Position numbers and translations under genes: made by a program
Source: a virus
IMG/VR virus record: IMGVR_UViG_3300009506_000021
Location: 5,081-69,080 of that record
DNA: 64,000 bases
Direction: 5' to 3' (one strand)
Part shown: piece by piece, positions 48,391 through 58,194 of the stretch
Numbering within the stretch: the first letter of the stretch is position 1
How the letters are laid out: each line of letters starts with the position of its first letter
The notes under the pieces: generated by a model
Database searches by the model: none
The model's input: the letters and a program-made list of their open reading frames with translations, nothing else
Told to the model about the DNA's origin: nothing

Positions 48391-49379
48391 AATACTTAGT
48401 TTTCGACATCTCTAACGTCCTGTACCGTACGTTCTTTGCCAACAAGCAACATGACGTTGACACAAGTACTGGGCTCGCTCACCACACTGCTCTGATGAGC
48501 ATGAACAAATTCTTCAAGAAGTTTCGTCCACACAAGGTTGTTATGGCATTTGACCGTAGCAGTTGGCGAAAGGAATACACCACATCCGAAGAAGCCCTCA
48601 CCAGCAAAAAGTACAAGGGTAACCGTCGTCAGAAGATGACTCCAAAGGAACAGGAGAAGTTCGAACGCTTCTGTGAGCACATTAACGAATTCGAAGAAAT
48701 CATGCGGACTCACACCAGCGTCATCTGTCTTGCCGGTGAGAACCTTGAGGCTGATGATCTGATTGCAGGGTTTGTTCAGGCATATGGTGAAGACGGTGAA
48801 GACGAAATTGTCATCGTCAGTCGTGACCGAGATCTGGCTCAGAATCTTGGAATGGGGAAGGATACCGTCTTCCCTAACGTCATCCAGTTCGATCCGTTCA
48901 CTGGCGAAGAAATCACAATCGAAAGTGCTATCCGCGATTGTCTGAAAGACAAGAAGGGCAAGATCAATATTCCCGAAGAATACAAGTCCGTTGACTTCTT
49001 CCTGTGGTGCAAGAAGATTCGTGGTGACTCTGGTGATAATGTTCAGGCAGCTTTTCCAGGTGTCAAGTATCCACGCATCCTGAAGGCATATGACGACGAC
49101 TATGAACGCAACAAGTTGCTCCATGAGACATGGAAGGACATCAAGAATGGACAGCCTGTAAATCGAAATGTCAAGCAGATGATGGAAGAAGGTGATCTGC
49201 TGATGAACCTACGTAGTCAGCCCGAATACATTCGCACGAGAATGTTCACTGAAATTCTCAATGAAACAGAGAATCCAGGCAAGTTCAGCTACTTCGAGTT
49301 TATGAAGTTTCTCGGCAAGTACCAGATGAAAGACATTGCTGGTAACCTCGAAAACTTCGTGGACCTGCTTAGCCGTTAA
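48387..49379 (+). CDS. 5'-3' exonuclease / T4 RNase H-like flap nuclease
   Basis: FDISN, SWRK, YKGNR, EADDLIA, SRDRDL, RGDSGDNV. Confidence 0.9.
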   Translation: MKYLVFDISNVLYRTFFANKQHDVDTSTGLAHHTALMSMNKFFKKFRPHKVVMAFDRSSWRKEYTTSEEALTSKKYKGNRRQKMTPKEQEKFERFCEHINEFEEIMRTHTSVICLAGENLEADDLIAGFVQAYGEDGEDEIVIVSRDRDLAQNLGMGKDTVFPNVIQFDPFTGEEITIESAIRDCLKDKKGKINIPEEYKSVDFFLWCKKIRGDSGDNVQAAFPGVKYPRILKAYDDDYERNKLLHETWKDIKNGQPVNRNVKQMMEEGDLLMNLRSQPEYIRTRMFTEILNETENPGKFSYFEFMKFLGKYQMKDIAGNLENFVDLLSR

Positions 49380-49765
49380 CCACCGTTGGGCGTATCGTCA
49401 TTTTTGACTTTACGCTCTTCTTCGCCAGGCTGCTTGTTCCAGTGGCTGAAACCATTCCACTTACGCCCCGCATTACTGTAAAATGCAAACACCGCAGCGG
49501 CTAATGCAAACAGTGCGGACAACAGTGCGGTATGTTGTGTAGTTGGAGCCTGAATAATGCATTCAGTTACTTTGCCACCATGCTCAACGCATCCCTCCAA
49601 AATATATGGGTGAAGATTCATATACCAACGAGTCACCTCGTAAACTCCATACCCAAATAGAATGACGACGGCACGAGGAATTAGGCGCCATGCGTCAATC
49701 CACTCTGCAATGGCTAAATGAAATTTGCGCCATGAGTCTATATCCATGATTTTATCCCTATTCAT
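49376..49765 (-). CDS. two-TM membrane protein (holin-like candidate)
   Basis: DAWRLIPR then TM1; TM2 ALLSALFALAAAVFAFY; charged C-terminus. Confidence 0.6.
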   Translation of the reverse strand: MNRDKIMDIDSWRKFHLAIAEWIDAWRLIPRAVVILFGYGVYEVTRWYMNLHPYILEGCVEHGGKVTECIIQAPTTQHTALLSALFALAAAVFAFYSNAGRKWNGFSHWNKQPGEEERKVKNDDTPNGG

Positions 49766-49789
49766 GCTCATCTCCGTATGAAATTTGTT

Positions 49790-49809
49790 CCAATAAATAT
49801 ATTTATTGG
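49790..49809. promoter_or_regulatory. perfect 20 bp palindrome made of two opposed TAAATA late-type boxes
   Basis: CCAATAAATATATTTATTGG between divergent genes. Confidence 0.7.
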
Positions 49810-49821
49810 TCAGGAGAAAAC

Positions 49822-51042
49822 ATGCCAGGAGCTCAACGCAGAACAGACGCAAATAGTGCGGGTGGTGCGATTTATAACACCCCAAATGCAACAAATGATG
49901 CGCTAAATAACACAGTGTTTGCTAACACACTATTGGTTGCCGTAAATGGATCTATTGGCACTGCTGACAGTTCATGCAGTGGTGGAAATATCCACTGTGC
50001 CGGAAATTGGCAGACGCAGCAGGGGTGTCCTACTGTTTTTGTTGAGGGGACGCCTGGAAACTTTACTGGTAATGTTGATACATGTGGACACACCCGTGTC
50101 GGTGGTTCCAGCAACGTATTCATGTGTGCGGGTGGTGCGGGGGCTCTTGCCGACAGCAATCCTCCTATGAACTCGTATGGCAGTGGTGATGGTGCAACTG
50201 GTGGTGCTCCAGCTAATGCCAACACAGTTCAAACCGTAGAAAATTATACGATTGCTGATGTGCATGCAGTAGCCAACAATGATGATCCGGATGATCCAAA
50301 CACATTAGGCTCTCCTGCTAACCCACCACCTAATACACAACCACGTCCAGTTGAAACACTTGCAACGGATAGCACTACGGTCTCAAATACACCGACAGTA
50401 TACACGTGCTCTGTAATCGATGCGTTACCATCTAATTTTAACTGGTCGGCACATCCCACTGGTTCTCCGCAACCACCAGATTTTGCTACTTGGGCTCGGA
50501 ATCCAGCTACTTGGCCAGAAGTTCAGCTATCAGCTAACTTCACGCTTGCCGACCTAACTGTAGATGCTTTTGTCAGCAGTTATGAGTTTACAAATTCAGT
50601 GACACAAGCCAGTGGCTTAACACAAAAAGAAATTCTACAAAATCTTTGCTATTTGGCTAACACTGTTTTAGAACCACTATGGGCATTGTATAATGCTGGT
50701 GATCCGGATGGCTATGGATTGTATTCAGGAACAGTTCCAAGAACGCATACTATGGTAATCACATCTGGTTGGAGATCCGGTTCTGGTGCTAGTCAGCACG
50801 ACCTAGGACAAGCAGTGGATGTTCAGTTCCTTGACATTCATGGCACAGCATCAACTGGTGACACATATTACTCTCGTGCTCAGTACATTCGTGACAATAT
50901 CAAATTTGATCAATTGATCCTTGAGTGGTATGCCCGAAATCCTTGGATTCATATCAGCACCAACTCTGTTAGCCTGCGGAACAATGTTTTGACCCAAACT
51001 GCATCCAATTCCTATACTTCCGGCTTGATTAAGCTGGGATAA
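49822..51042 (+). CDS. PAAR-like spike domain fused to a Peptidase M15 (Zn peptidoglycan peptidase) domain
   Basis: N-terminal R.TD, TVFAN, TVFVEG.P, D.CGH...GSSNVF; C-terminal LS.NFTL, ITSGWR, SQH..GQAVD, FDQLILE, WIHIS. Confidence 0.82.
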   Translation: MPGAQRRTDANSAGGAIYNTPNATNDALNNTVFANTLLVAVNGSIGTADSSCSGGNIHCAGNWQTQQGCPTVFVEGTPGNFTGNVDTCGHTRVGGSSNVFMCAGGAGALADSNPPMNSYGSGDGATGGAPANANTVQTVENYTIADVHAVANNDDPDDPNTLGSPANPPPNTQPRPVETLATDSTTVSNTPTVYTCSVIDALPSNFNWSAHPTGSPQPPDFATWARNPATWPEVQLSANFTLADLTVDAFVSSYEFTNSVTQASGLTQKEILQNLCYLANTVLEPLWALYNAGDPDGYGLYSGTVPRTHTMVITSGWRSGSGASQHDLGQAVDVQFLDIHGTASTGDTYYSRAQYIRDNIKFDQLILEWYARNPWIHISTNSVSLRNNVLTQTASNSYTSGLIKLG

Positions 51043-51116
51043 ATGGGAACCCCTCATTTTTGCCCTCTAAATATTAGTGAACAAAAACAATTAAGTGCAA
51101 CTTTAAGGAGACAAAA

Positions 51117-51506
51117 ATGTCAGAAGCAATTAATGTAATCAAAGGACGGTATCCCCACGTTGGGTGGCTGGATCTAGAAGGCCAGGGCATTCTCACTGAG
51201 GTTGCCGTTGTTAAAGACAGCAATCAGGGTATCGCTTTCATTCGTTTGGATCATCTTGACATGATCGACAAGCAGCGCCTGTTCCGCGTTATTTCAAATC
51301 GCAATGCCCACATGTATGAGCTTTGGGATTTGATGAGCAACGTTACACTTGGTAATGGTGCAAACGCTCTGGATTACTTCCACCAGTATGTGAAGGTCCT
51401 GACACCTATGGGCAAGGTTATCAACCCTCAGATGGGTCGTATTGGTGCACAGGCACCACGTGTTGCTCCACGGAAGACCACTTCAAAGAAGAAGACATCA
51501 GAGTAA
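51117..51506 (+). CDS. hypothetical phage protein
   Basis: AAGGAG RBS, TAAATA at 51068-51073. Confidence 0.75.
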   Translation: MSEAINVIKGRYPHVGWLDLEGQGILTEVAVVKDSNQGIAFIRLDHLDMIDKQRLFRVISNRNAHMYELWDLMSNVTLGNGANALDYFHQYVKVLTPMGKVINPQMGRIGAQAPRVAPRKTTSKKKTSE

Positions 51507-51523
51507 AAGGAACGTACAAGGAA

Positions 51524-51554
51524 TGAGGAAGTGGGCTTTAAGCCTGCTTCCTCA
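51524..51554. terminator. hairpin between convergent genes
   Basis: TGAGGAAGTGGGCT-tta-AGCCTGCTTCCTCA; no clear T tract. Confidence 0.55.
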
Positions 51555-52080
51555 ACTGTACTCTTTCTTCATATTTGAGCTCAATAAGCTCATCCATCAG
51601 CCCTTGTGGGCTAACATGCAGGGATGGTAGTTCATACATCTTTGCAACAAACTCCGAACAAATTTCCCCCCTAAAATTTTTCCTTGGAAGCTGAACATCA
51701 AAGTATTTAAGGAAAGCTTCGACAATGCCAACGTACACCGCTTCCATCCATGCATATGGAACCTGGCTAATGCGTGACAATGCATCCTTGAGAACCAACC
51801 CCCAAGGTTTTGGAGCCTTGATGACATCAAGTTCCTGATCACTATACATGCTCATGTTCACAATACGACGACTAGCACCACCCTGTGCTTCAACCATCAT
51901 AAGACGTCTTACTGAAGCAGTTTCCATCCAGAATGCTATACCAACATGAGAGTAAACTGATTTGGTGAAGATGCGAATAATCCACGCAGTGGTTGAAGGA
52001 CGATTTCGAACAAAAATGATATCACCGTCCTGAATATGGCGATGAAATTCATCGTAAGAATATACGACAGGTACATCCAT
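51538..52080 (-). CDS. permuted papain-like NlpC/P60 (YiiX/YebB-like) amidase
   Basis: GDIIF, YSHVGI, PY, ICSEFVA (His precedes Cys). Confidence 0.85.
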   Translation of the reverse strand: MDVPVVYSYDEFHRHIQDGDIIFVRNRPSTTAWIIRIFTKSVYSHVGIAFWMETASVRRLMMVEAQGGASRRIVNMSMYSDQELDVIKAPKPWGLVLKDALSRISQVPYAWMEAVYVGIVEAFLKYFDVQLPRKNFRGEICSEFVAKMYELPSLHVSPQGLMDELIELKYEERVQLRKQA

Positions 52081-52107
52081 GTTGACCTCCTATGTCAATA
52101 CGGATAT

Positions 52108-53295
52108 TTATGTAGAACGAGCAACCGAAACAGTCAATGTGTAGGTAATAGCCAATGTTCTATTAGCAGATTTCAACACCGGCGAAAAGATGATATGTGT
52201 TAGCAAACGCTCACGCTCCGTGGTAAAATCAACAGCGTTATTCTGAACACCAGCATCGGTACCAGCAACAGGAACATTATTTGTTTCTGGTGCAGGCTGA
52301 TTAAGGTAACTAGGATCAAACAAGAGTGGAGCACTACCTGCATTCTTGATTGTAATTGTTGCTGTGCTACCAACTGCATTTGTAGTGAACTGTAGGAAGC
52401 CAAATGTGTTAACGGGTGGAATAACATCGTTGTTTGTAATCGATGCGACAACACCAGAAGGACCACTTGGCAGAACGCTATTCAATGCAGTAACAAGATC
52501 AGCATACGTAACCTCGCGGCGAGCAGGGGAACTATCCAAGATGGCACCTGTGCCAACTGGTGTTACTCCCAGTGCAATATCACCACTACCAGCATTATAT
52601 GTGAAGTAGTATGTAGTGCCATCCTGCAATGGTGTTACATCCTGGGCAGTCTTATCACCAATGTCAATCTGGTGATAGGCATTGCTATCAGCTGCGCCAG
52701 CACCAGTTGTGTACAGACCTAGTTCATCAAACACAAAAGTACCATCTGTGTTCTCAACACCATCACCAGTTACACCAGGGTTAGGATCTAAGTCAGAGCT
52801 GAGCTGCCCAGTTGGTTCCGTTGGGTTGATTGTGGAGGAAACAACAACCTGCGAGATAACACCAAGCTCCTGACTTCTTACGCCAGGACCAGAAACATGC
52901 TCAACGGTTGCTGGATCACCAGAAGGATTAGAGCCACCACCTGGACGGGAAGTTGTTCCCGAAGAGCCTGGATCAATACCAATGTTGGAGTTGCTGTCAT
53001 CGATGATCTCAGAATATGTCTCGTTGTACAAACGGGAGCGCCACTCCTGCAAATCGGGGGACAATCCATCATTTGGGGTCTTGAAAGTTACAAGACCGGT
53101 TGGATCAACGACAGTTCCACCGTTTCCATATGCGATGCGGTAGATGTAAAAATTGTGTTCATTGGAAAGAGCACGCGATATGACACGTGCCATATTTTGA
53201 GGATGCACCGCATTCTTCTTGTCCAAAAGGACGTTTCCTAGGTCGTCTTCGATATGAACGTGACCCTCAACAACGATTGGCAGGCTTTCTTTCAT
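52108..53295 (-). CDS. virion structural protein (baseplate/tail-associated)
   Basis: GHVHI.D..G.VL.DK.NA, FVFDELGL, LLTHIIFSPV.KS.NR...I.YT. Confidence 0.7.
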   Translation of the reverse strand: MKESLPIVVEGHVHIEDDLGNVLLDKKNAVHPQNMARVISRALSNEHNFYIYRIAYGNGGTVVDPTGLVTFKTPNDGLSPDLQEWRSRLYNETYSEIIDDSNSNIGIDPGSSGTTSRPGGGSNPSGDPATVEHVSGPGVRSQELGVISQVVVSSTINPTEPTGQLSSDLDPNPGVTGDGVENTDGTFVFDELGLYTTGAGAADSNAYHQIDIGDKTAQDVTPLQDGTTYYFTYNAGSGDIALGVTPVGTGAILDSSPARREVTYADLVTALNSVLPSGPSGVVASITNNDVIPPVNTFGFLQFTTNAVGSTATITIKNAGSAPLLFDPSYLNQPAPETNNVPVAGTDAGVQNNAVDFTTERERLLTHIIFSPVLKSANRTLAITYTLTVSVARST

Positions 53296-53340
53296 TTTAA
53301 TTTAGCTCCTGGCTCTATTTTATCTATTTATGCTAGGGTA

Positions 53341-53778
53341 TTACGCAGCTAAAGTCTTCACTGTAATCGAAATACTATCCGAACTTGCAACAGTATTGAG
53401 CACCAATTCTACAATATCACCTACTGCAATACTCACATCACCAGATGCGAGATTTCCCGTAATGCTGTCAGCCGCTGACATTAATTTACTCAAAGCTGGA
53501 ATTGGGCTACCAACCACCCCCGTGAATAAAAATATTCCCTGTGAAACACCATTTACACGAAGATCTACAGCCAAGGTAGAAAGTGGTGAACCAGCTGCAG
53601 ATGAAGGTCCTGTCTGTGCATCAATAGCACTACCAGCTAGATTTTGTGGCAGCAAAAATGCTCGAACTGCAGTCATTCGCATTATGGTACTACCATCAGA
53701 TGGTGTCTGTAACGTACTACCTGAAAGATCGTAGTTATGATCAGCACCAGTTATGTACGTAATTGTATCAAAAAGCAT
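53341..53778 (-). CDS. putative virion structural protein
   Basis: beta-rich, AGGAGG RBS, in structural operon. Confidence 0.65.
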   Translation of the reverse strand: MLFDTITYITGADHNYDLSGSTLQTPSDGSTIMRMTAVRAFLLPQNLAGSAIDAQTGPSSAAGSPLSTLAVDLRVNGVSQGIFLFTGVVGSPIPALSKLMSAADSITGNLASGDVSIAVGDIVELVLNTVASSDSISITVKTLAA

Positions 53779-53792
53779 TGTCTTTTCCTCCT

Positions 53793-54023
53793 TTAAACCC
53801 CACCAACAACTCTTGCATATCCCTTTTGAGCTGCTGAAAATAAAACTTTGATTGTGTTTGCATCCACAACAACAAAGTTGAGTGGGATGACTTTCTCCAC
53901 AGTAGCAGGTGAACCATTATATGATAAAATGGCATCAATCGCAACATCAGTCGTACCCAACGAATGGGTAACTATCCACGTTGTGGATGGTGTTGATTGT
54001 GTATGATCGTATGCTGCTACCAT
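53793..54023 (-). CDS. small structural protein (single W.v.H.LG module)
   Basis: HTQS..STTWIVTHSLG...DANTIKV.F.....G.A. Confidence 0.7.
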   Translation of the reverse strand: MVAAYDHTQSTPSTTWIVTHSLGTTDVAIDAILSYNGSPATVEKVIPLNFVVVDANTIKVLFSAAQKGYARVVGGV

Positions 54024-54032
54024 TCTAAATCC

Positions 54033-54254
54033 TTAAACGACGTACACTCGCCCTGCTGTTGGTGTAGACCAAGTTATCGTAACTTGGCTTGGTGAATTGG
54101 CCACCACAGAAACCGGCATCATTTTGAGATCTGGACTACCGCCAGACCAACAGTCAACTACAGGTGCAATAGTACCCAACCGATGTTTGACAACCCAGGT
54201 TGTTGCAGATGCAAAAGTTTCACTGTATGCTTTTGTGAGAGTAATTTGTGGCAT
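54033..54254 (-). CDS. small structural protein (single W.v.H.LG module)
   Basis: TTWVVKHRLG..P.VD...VTITWSTP.AG. Confidence 0.7.
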   Translation of the reverse strand: MPQITLTKAYSETFASATTWVVKHRLGTIAPVVDCWSGGSPDLKMMPVSVVANSPSQVTITWSTPTAGRVYVV

Positions 54255-54916
54255 TACACTAACCTTACTGTACCTATCTGCGGTGTACTAAACGTTATTG
54301 TTACCTGCATCAGACTATCGTGTACAATCGATGCTGGCTGTATTTCCTCATTTGTATCCAAGAATACGCGGACAATTGGATAGCGTCCTAGACCATGGCT
54401 GATCACCCAAGTATCTGATGCAACTGTGATTGTTTCCTCAAATGCAAACAACTGCGATTGGGGTTGTGTACCTTCAAATATCCCTCTCAGTACAATAGCA
54501 CGCCCCGAAACTGCAGTGTCAAAATATATCTTCACAGTATTGTTATCAACCGGAACAATGTTTGTTGGGATAACCATCTTATTTGTATTATCATATACCT
54601 GAACTGCTGGAGTACCAGCAATCAAGGAATGAGACACGGTCCACACCGTAGATGCAACTGGTTGTGTATGTACATATGCACTTATTTCATTTGTGATTGG
54701 AACCCACGTTGCTATCTCTTGTGCAGGGCTACCATCAGCTGTGATAGTAACCGCAATCCACACACGGCTATTAAAGAATGCTAGACGACCTTGTTTAATT
54801 GCACCCACAGCAAAACTTGCAACAGCATCAGGGAACTGGCTGATACCTTCGGGCTGGAGAGCAGCTGCAATCATCTGCCCAACTTCTTTAAAATTTAGAT
54901 CACCATATATATCCAT
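54254..54916 (-). CDS. structural protein with two W.v.H.L modules
   Basis: WTVSHSL...PAVQVYD and WVISHGLG..PIVRVF. Confidence 0.7.
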   Translation of the reverse strand: MDIYGDLNFKEVGQMIAAALQPEGISQFPDAVASFAVGAIKQGRLAFFNSRVWIAVTITADGSPAQEIATWVPITNEISAYVHTQPVASTVWTVSHSLIAGTPAVQVYDNTNKMVIPTNIVPVDNNTVKIYFDTAVSGRAIVLRGIFEGTQPQSQLFAFEETITVASDTWVISHGLGRYPIVRVFLDTNEEIQPASIVHDSLMQVTITFSTPQIGTVRLV

Positions 54917-54929
54917 CTTAATATTTATC

Positions 54930-56657
54930 CTATGCTAAGCCCACACCTGGGACTCCCATCACGACAATGACACAGTTGATTGCCTTGTTAAATGTGACAG
55001 TTAGTTGATTTGCGCTGTCTAATGTGACGCTCTGTGGGATAATCTGTGTGTACGTCATAGGACTACTGTCTTGCAGATATATCGTTGGGTTAACAAACTG
55101 CTGACCCAAATTGTGCGTAACTGTGTGGTTTGTGGCGGCACCGCCGTGTAGCGCTGAATCATAATTGAACTGCAATGGTTTGTTCTGATATGTAACAGGA
55201 CTACCATCGGTTGCTACTACAACATCTCCAGGATTTGCTGGCGTTGCCAAAACATTATTTAAACCATCCAGAGATAGATCAACGTACAATCCTGTGGCAT
55301 CTTGCACCAAGCCACCAGATGGAGTGAGTAGCAAGTGAAGCTGTGAACTTGTTAATGTTGAGCGTGTTGTACCATCAGTTGTCAGGATGATTGCCCCTGT
55401 TGTGCTATCATACAGATCAACACCTACCTGATCTGTTGGTAGTTCAACGATACCAGCACCAAGATTTACATTTAGGGTATTTCCACTGTAGGAAACACCA
55501 ATACCTGCCTGAATGGAGCCTGGACCTGATATCTCAATCCAAGAAGCTGTTGTTCTATCATATGAATACGTGTGGTTTGCATGATAGGACAGACTATTGC
55601 TACATAGCACAGTTGTACCTGTAGGAATTTCATTACTAGGAGAACCAACTGGGGATGGTGAACCTACATTTGCTATACCCTCTGGACGAGTCCAAGCACC
55701 TAGTGTATATGGATTGGTTCCTGGTGAACCTGCAACACCAACATACTCAATCAAGTCATGGTTGTTGAATCCAAGTGCAGCAAGGGATGCATGAATATGC
55801 CCATGCTCTGCCGCAATGATAAAACGAGAACCTGCAGCCAGTACTCCAATGCGAGCCCATGTACCAACTAGTGGACTTCCAGGAGTATCATACTTATAAG
55901 TAAGAATATCTCCATCTACGATGTTTGTAACTGCTCCCCAAGTCTCTCCCTGTGTACCTCCCCACTTGATATATGTAACCGACTCACCCAAAGTTGTGAT
56001 ATCGGGGGTTGGTAGAGCTGAAACAACATCAACCAAATCAGGATCTTGGATTGGTGCCCTCCAACGAATGGCAGCAGCAATCTGGTCAACATAGTTTTTG
56101 TTGGTTGCATCTGTTGGGTTTGATGGTAAGTCTGGGAGAGTTATATGTGTGCCCGTTGACATTGTCAGGACACCGGTCATCGTGTCTCCTGCTTTTTCTA
56201 CCCATATGTCCCCAGCACCACCCGCAACTAGACCTAAAGTAGTACGTTGGTCTGCAACTGTCGCATCATTAATGAGATCCCATCCAACGGGTGTAATGGC
56301 TCCCAGTGTAACATCTAACTGTTGCAGAGCATCAACTAGGGTTGTAAGTGGTGACCCAGCAATGTAATTGAACCCCGTAAAGACACTTGCATTAAAAGTA
56401 CCATCAGCGTTAACATAACCCATCGAAGCTTCGAGGGTATCAAGCTCAAGTGTGGCAGCATTTAGTTCGGCAAGACTTGCAAACCGCTGCCAACCCGCTG
56501 GGGAACCTGCACCATAGAAGTAGTAAAAGTTGTCTGTTGTATTAAAGTAGACTCGGCCAGGTATCCCCACTGGAGCAGACGCAAGACGTTCTATGATGAC
56601 ATTTTGTAGCTCACCACTCCCAAGAACTTTAAACTGCAGATTACCATTTATCTTCAT
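54930..56657 (-). CDS. tail fibre-like structural protein
   Basis: GRVYFNT, KAGDTMTG.L, DATNKNYVD fibre motifs; C-terminal THNLG module. Confidence 0.78.
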   Translation of the reverse strand: MKINGNLQFKVLGSGELQNVIIERLASAPVGIPGRVYFNTTDNFYYFYGAGSPAGWQRFASLAELNAATLELDTLEASMGYVNADGTFNASVFTGFNYIAGSPLTTLVDALQQLDVTLGAITPVGWDLINDATVADQRTTLGLVAGGAGDIWVEKAGDTMTGVLTMSTGTHITLPDLPSNPTDATNKNYVDQIAAAIRWRAPIQDPDLVDVVSALPTPDITTLGESVTYIKWGGTQGETWGAVTNIVDGDILTYKYDTPGSPLVGTWARIGVLAAGSRFIIAAEHGHIHASLAALGFNNHDLIEYVGVAGSPGTNPYTLGAWTRPEGIANVGSPSPVGSPSNEIPTGTTVLCSNSLSYHANHTYSYDRTTASWIEISGPGSIQAGIGVSYSGNTLNVNLGAGIVELPTDQVGVDLYDSTTGAIILTTDGTTRSTLTSSQLHLLLTPSGGLVQDATGLYVDLSLDGLNNVLATPANPGDVVVATDGSPVTYQNKPLQFNYDSALHGGAATNHTVTHNLGQQFVNPTIYLQDSSPMTYTQIIPQSVTLDSANQLTVTFNKAINCVIVVMGVPGVGLA

Positions 56658-56671
56658 TAGAGGTTCTTATT

Positions 56672-56902
56672 TTATCCCATGCGACGAACACTTGTTGTCA
56701 ACTGCTTAATTGCATTATTGAATGTCACAGGCTCTACGCGACACTTGCCAAGATCAAAATCTGCAATTGTACTTTTTGGAACATTCACAAACACAAATGT
56801 ACCCTTATTGCCATTTCTCTCAATGTCAACCATCTCGATTCCCTGTATTTTTAGCACTGCGGCTAAAATTATATCCGTCGTCTTAAACTCTGTATGCATC
56901 AC
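56672..56902 (-). CDS. DUF5659-like protein
   Basis: FKTTDIILAA.L, G.F.F, VEP..F...IK.L. Confidence 0.6.
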   Translation of the reverse strand: MMHTEFKTTDIILAAVLKIQGIEMVDIERNGNKGTFVFVNVPKSTIADFDLGKCRVEPVTFNNAIKQLTTSVRRMG

Positions 56903-56903
56903 T

Positions 56904-57218
56904 TCAACCTGTTACAAAGAAAATTAAGTGTGCGGTGCCTGACATAGCAGCCGCAAACGTTATTTCAACATTGTTTGAATCAATAATGTTGACTGTATCT
57001 GGCAGAGTAAACTCACCAGTTTCATCATATACCTGAACAAGCACCTGCGTGCTATCCAAGCCATGATTGATAGACCATGTGCTAGTGGCAACCACTCGCT
57101 CATATAGGTAGCCAAGACCACCACCACTTCCACTGCCACTGCCACCGGTGACAACAATCCCCTTGGCAACAATTTCACCAGTATCTTTATCAATTTGTAG
57201 TGGTACCAAATTAGCCAT
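56904..57218 (-). CDS. small structural protein (W.i.H.L module)
   Basis: TWSINHGL....VLVQVYD..G...P..V...D.N.VEITF....G.A. Confidence 0.7.
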   Translation of the reverse strand: MANLVPLQIDKDTGEIVAKGIVVTGGSGSGSGGGLGYLYERVVATSTWSINHGLDSTQVLVQVYDETGEFTLPDTVNIIDSNNVEITFAAAMSGTAHLIFFVTG

Positions 57219-58194
57219 AAGTAATCATTGGTTGTATGTCAATTAGGATTGTTGTATCACTTACAACATATCCTATTCTCTGGATAGAACCAGACTGTGG
57301 TGGTGTTGTTGTTAACTCACCCTGCACACCCACAAAAATAAATGTTCCTGGATCATCTGGCCAACTCCAGTTATCATCTGTTAGGTAACCTGATGTTACA
57401 AAAGTGTGGGTTTCTCCTGTAACATAACTTTCTGTTGAAACACCAACAGCAGGATATGGTCCTCGAGGTGCAGCTGATGCTGTTCCATTCTTTGCTAGTC
57501 CAATTTCTCCATCTACAGTTCCTCTGAATGCAACTGCATAGTGTTCAGCAATATTCTCAATGGCTTTGCCTTCAACTATTGCCTGTGCAATCTTGTATCC
57601 AGTAATATTTGAAAACTGTGAAAAGATTGGTGTTTCAGTTGTGATAAACTTACCTCGACCTCTTATGTCATAGCTCTTTATTGGCTGAATCTTGTTTTCA
57701 TCATCATACAGAATGCGACCTGCATACACTGTGTCATTTAGCCCCACCTGTGTTCCCGTGGCATATGCATTGATTGTCAAACCATTCACTTGAGCCATAA
57801 AGACACGAATCTTCTCAACCCATCTGCTTCCTGACCACACTTTCATTATTGTGTAGGATGAGCGTGTATCGAACCAATGCTGATCAACACTTGGGCTTGC
57901 TGGTGTATTTGTCTGCACAAGAGGTTGGTACACTGTTGTTCCAAACGTGCGAACAGAGGTCATTGGATCGATGTCAATATATAGCCAATACTTGTTTGCA
58001 GAAGGAAGATTTGTCCAGGCTGGATTTACAAGCTTTGCCTCTTCCCAAAGATAATCTTTGTTAGGTCCATCAGCAAAGTTCAGAACGATTGGAGCCGTTT
58101 GTCCATCCAAAGAAATGGCAGTGTTCCCAGACACGAACTGCATCGCAATGGCGTGTGTTCTTACAATTCCTTGTCTAAAATTTATGCGTGCCAT
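57211..58194 (-). CDS. virion structural protein
   Basis: P..P...QHWFDT..MKVWSG..W repeat motif; C-terminal G..IFV...GELT..PP..G..IQRIG. Confidence 0.7.
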   Translation of the reverse strand: MARINFRQGIVRTHAIAMQFVSGNTAISLDGQTAPIVLNFADGPNKDYLWEEAKLVNPAWTNLPSANKYWLYIDIDPMTSVRTFGTTVYQPLVQTNTPASPSVDQHWFDTRSSYTIMKVWSGSRWVEKIRVFMAQVNGLTINAYATGTQVGLNDTVYAGRILYDDENKIQPIKSYDIRGRGKFITTETPIFSQFSNITGYKIAQAIVEGKAIENIAEHYAVAFRGTVDGEIGLAKNGTASAAPRGPYPAVGVSTESYVTGETHTFVTSGYLTDDNWSWPDDPGTFIFVGVQGELTTTPPQSGSIQRIGYVVSDTTILIDIQPMITYG

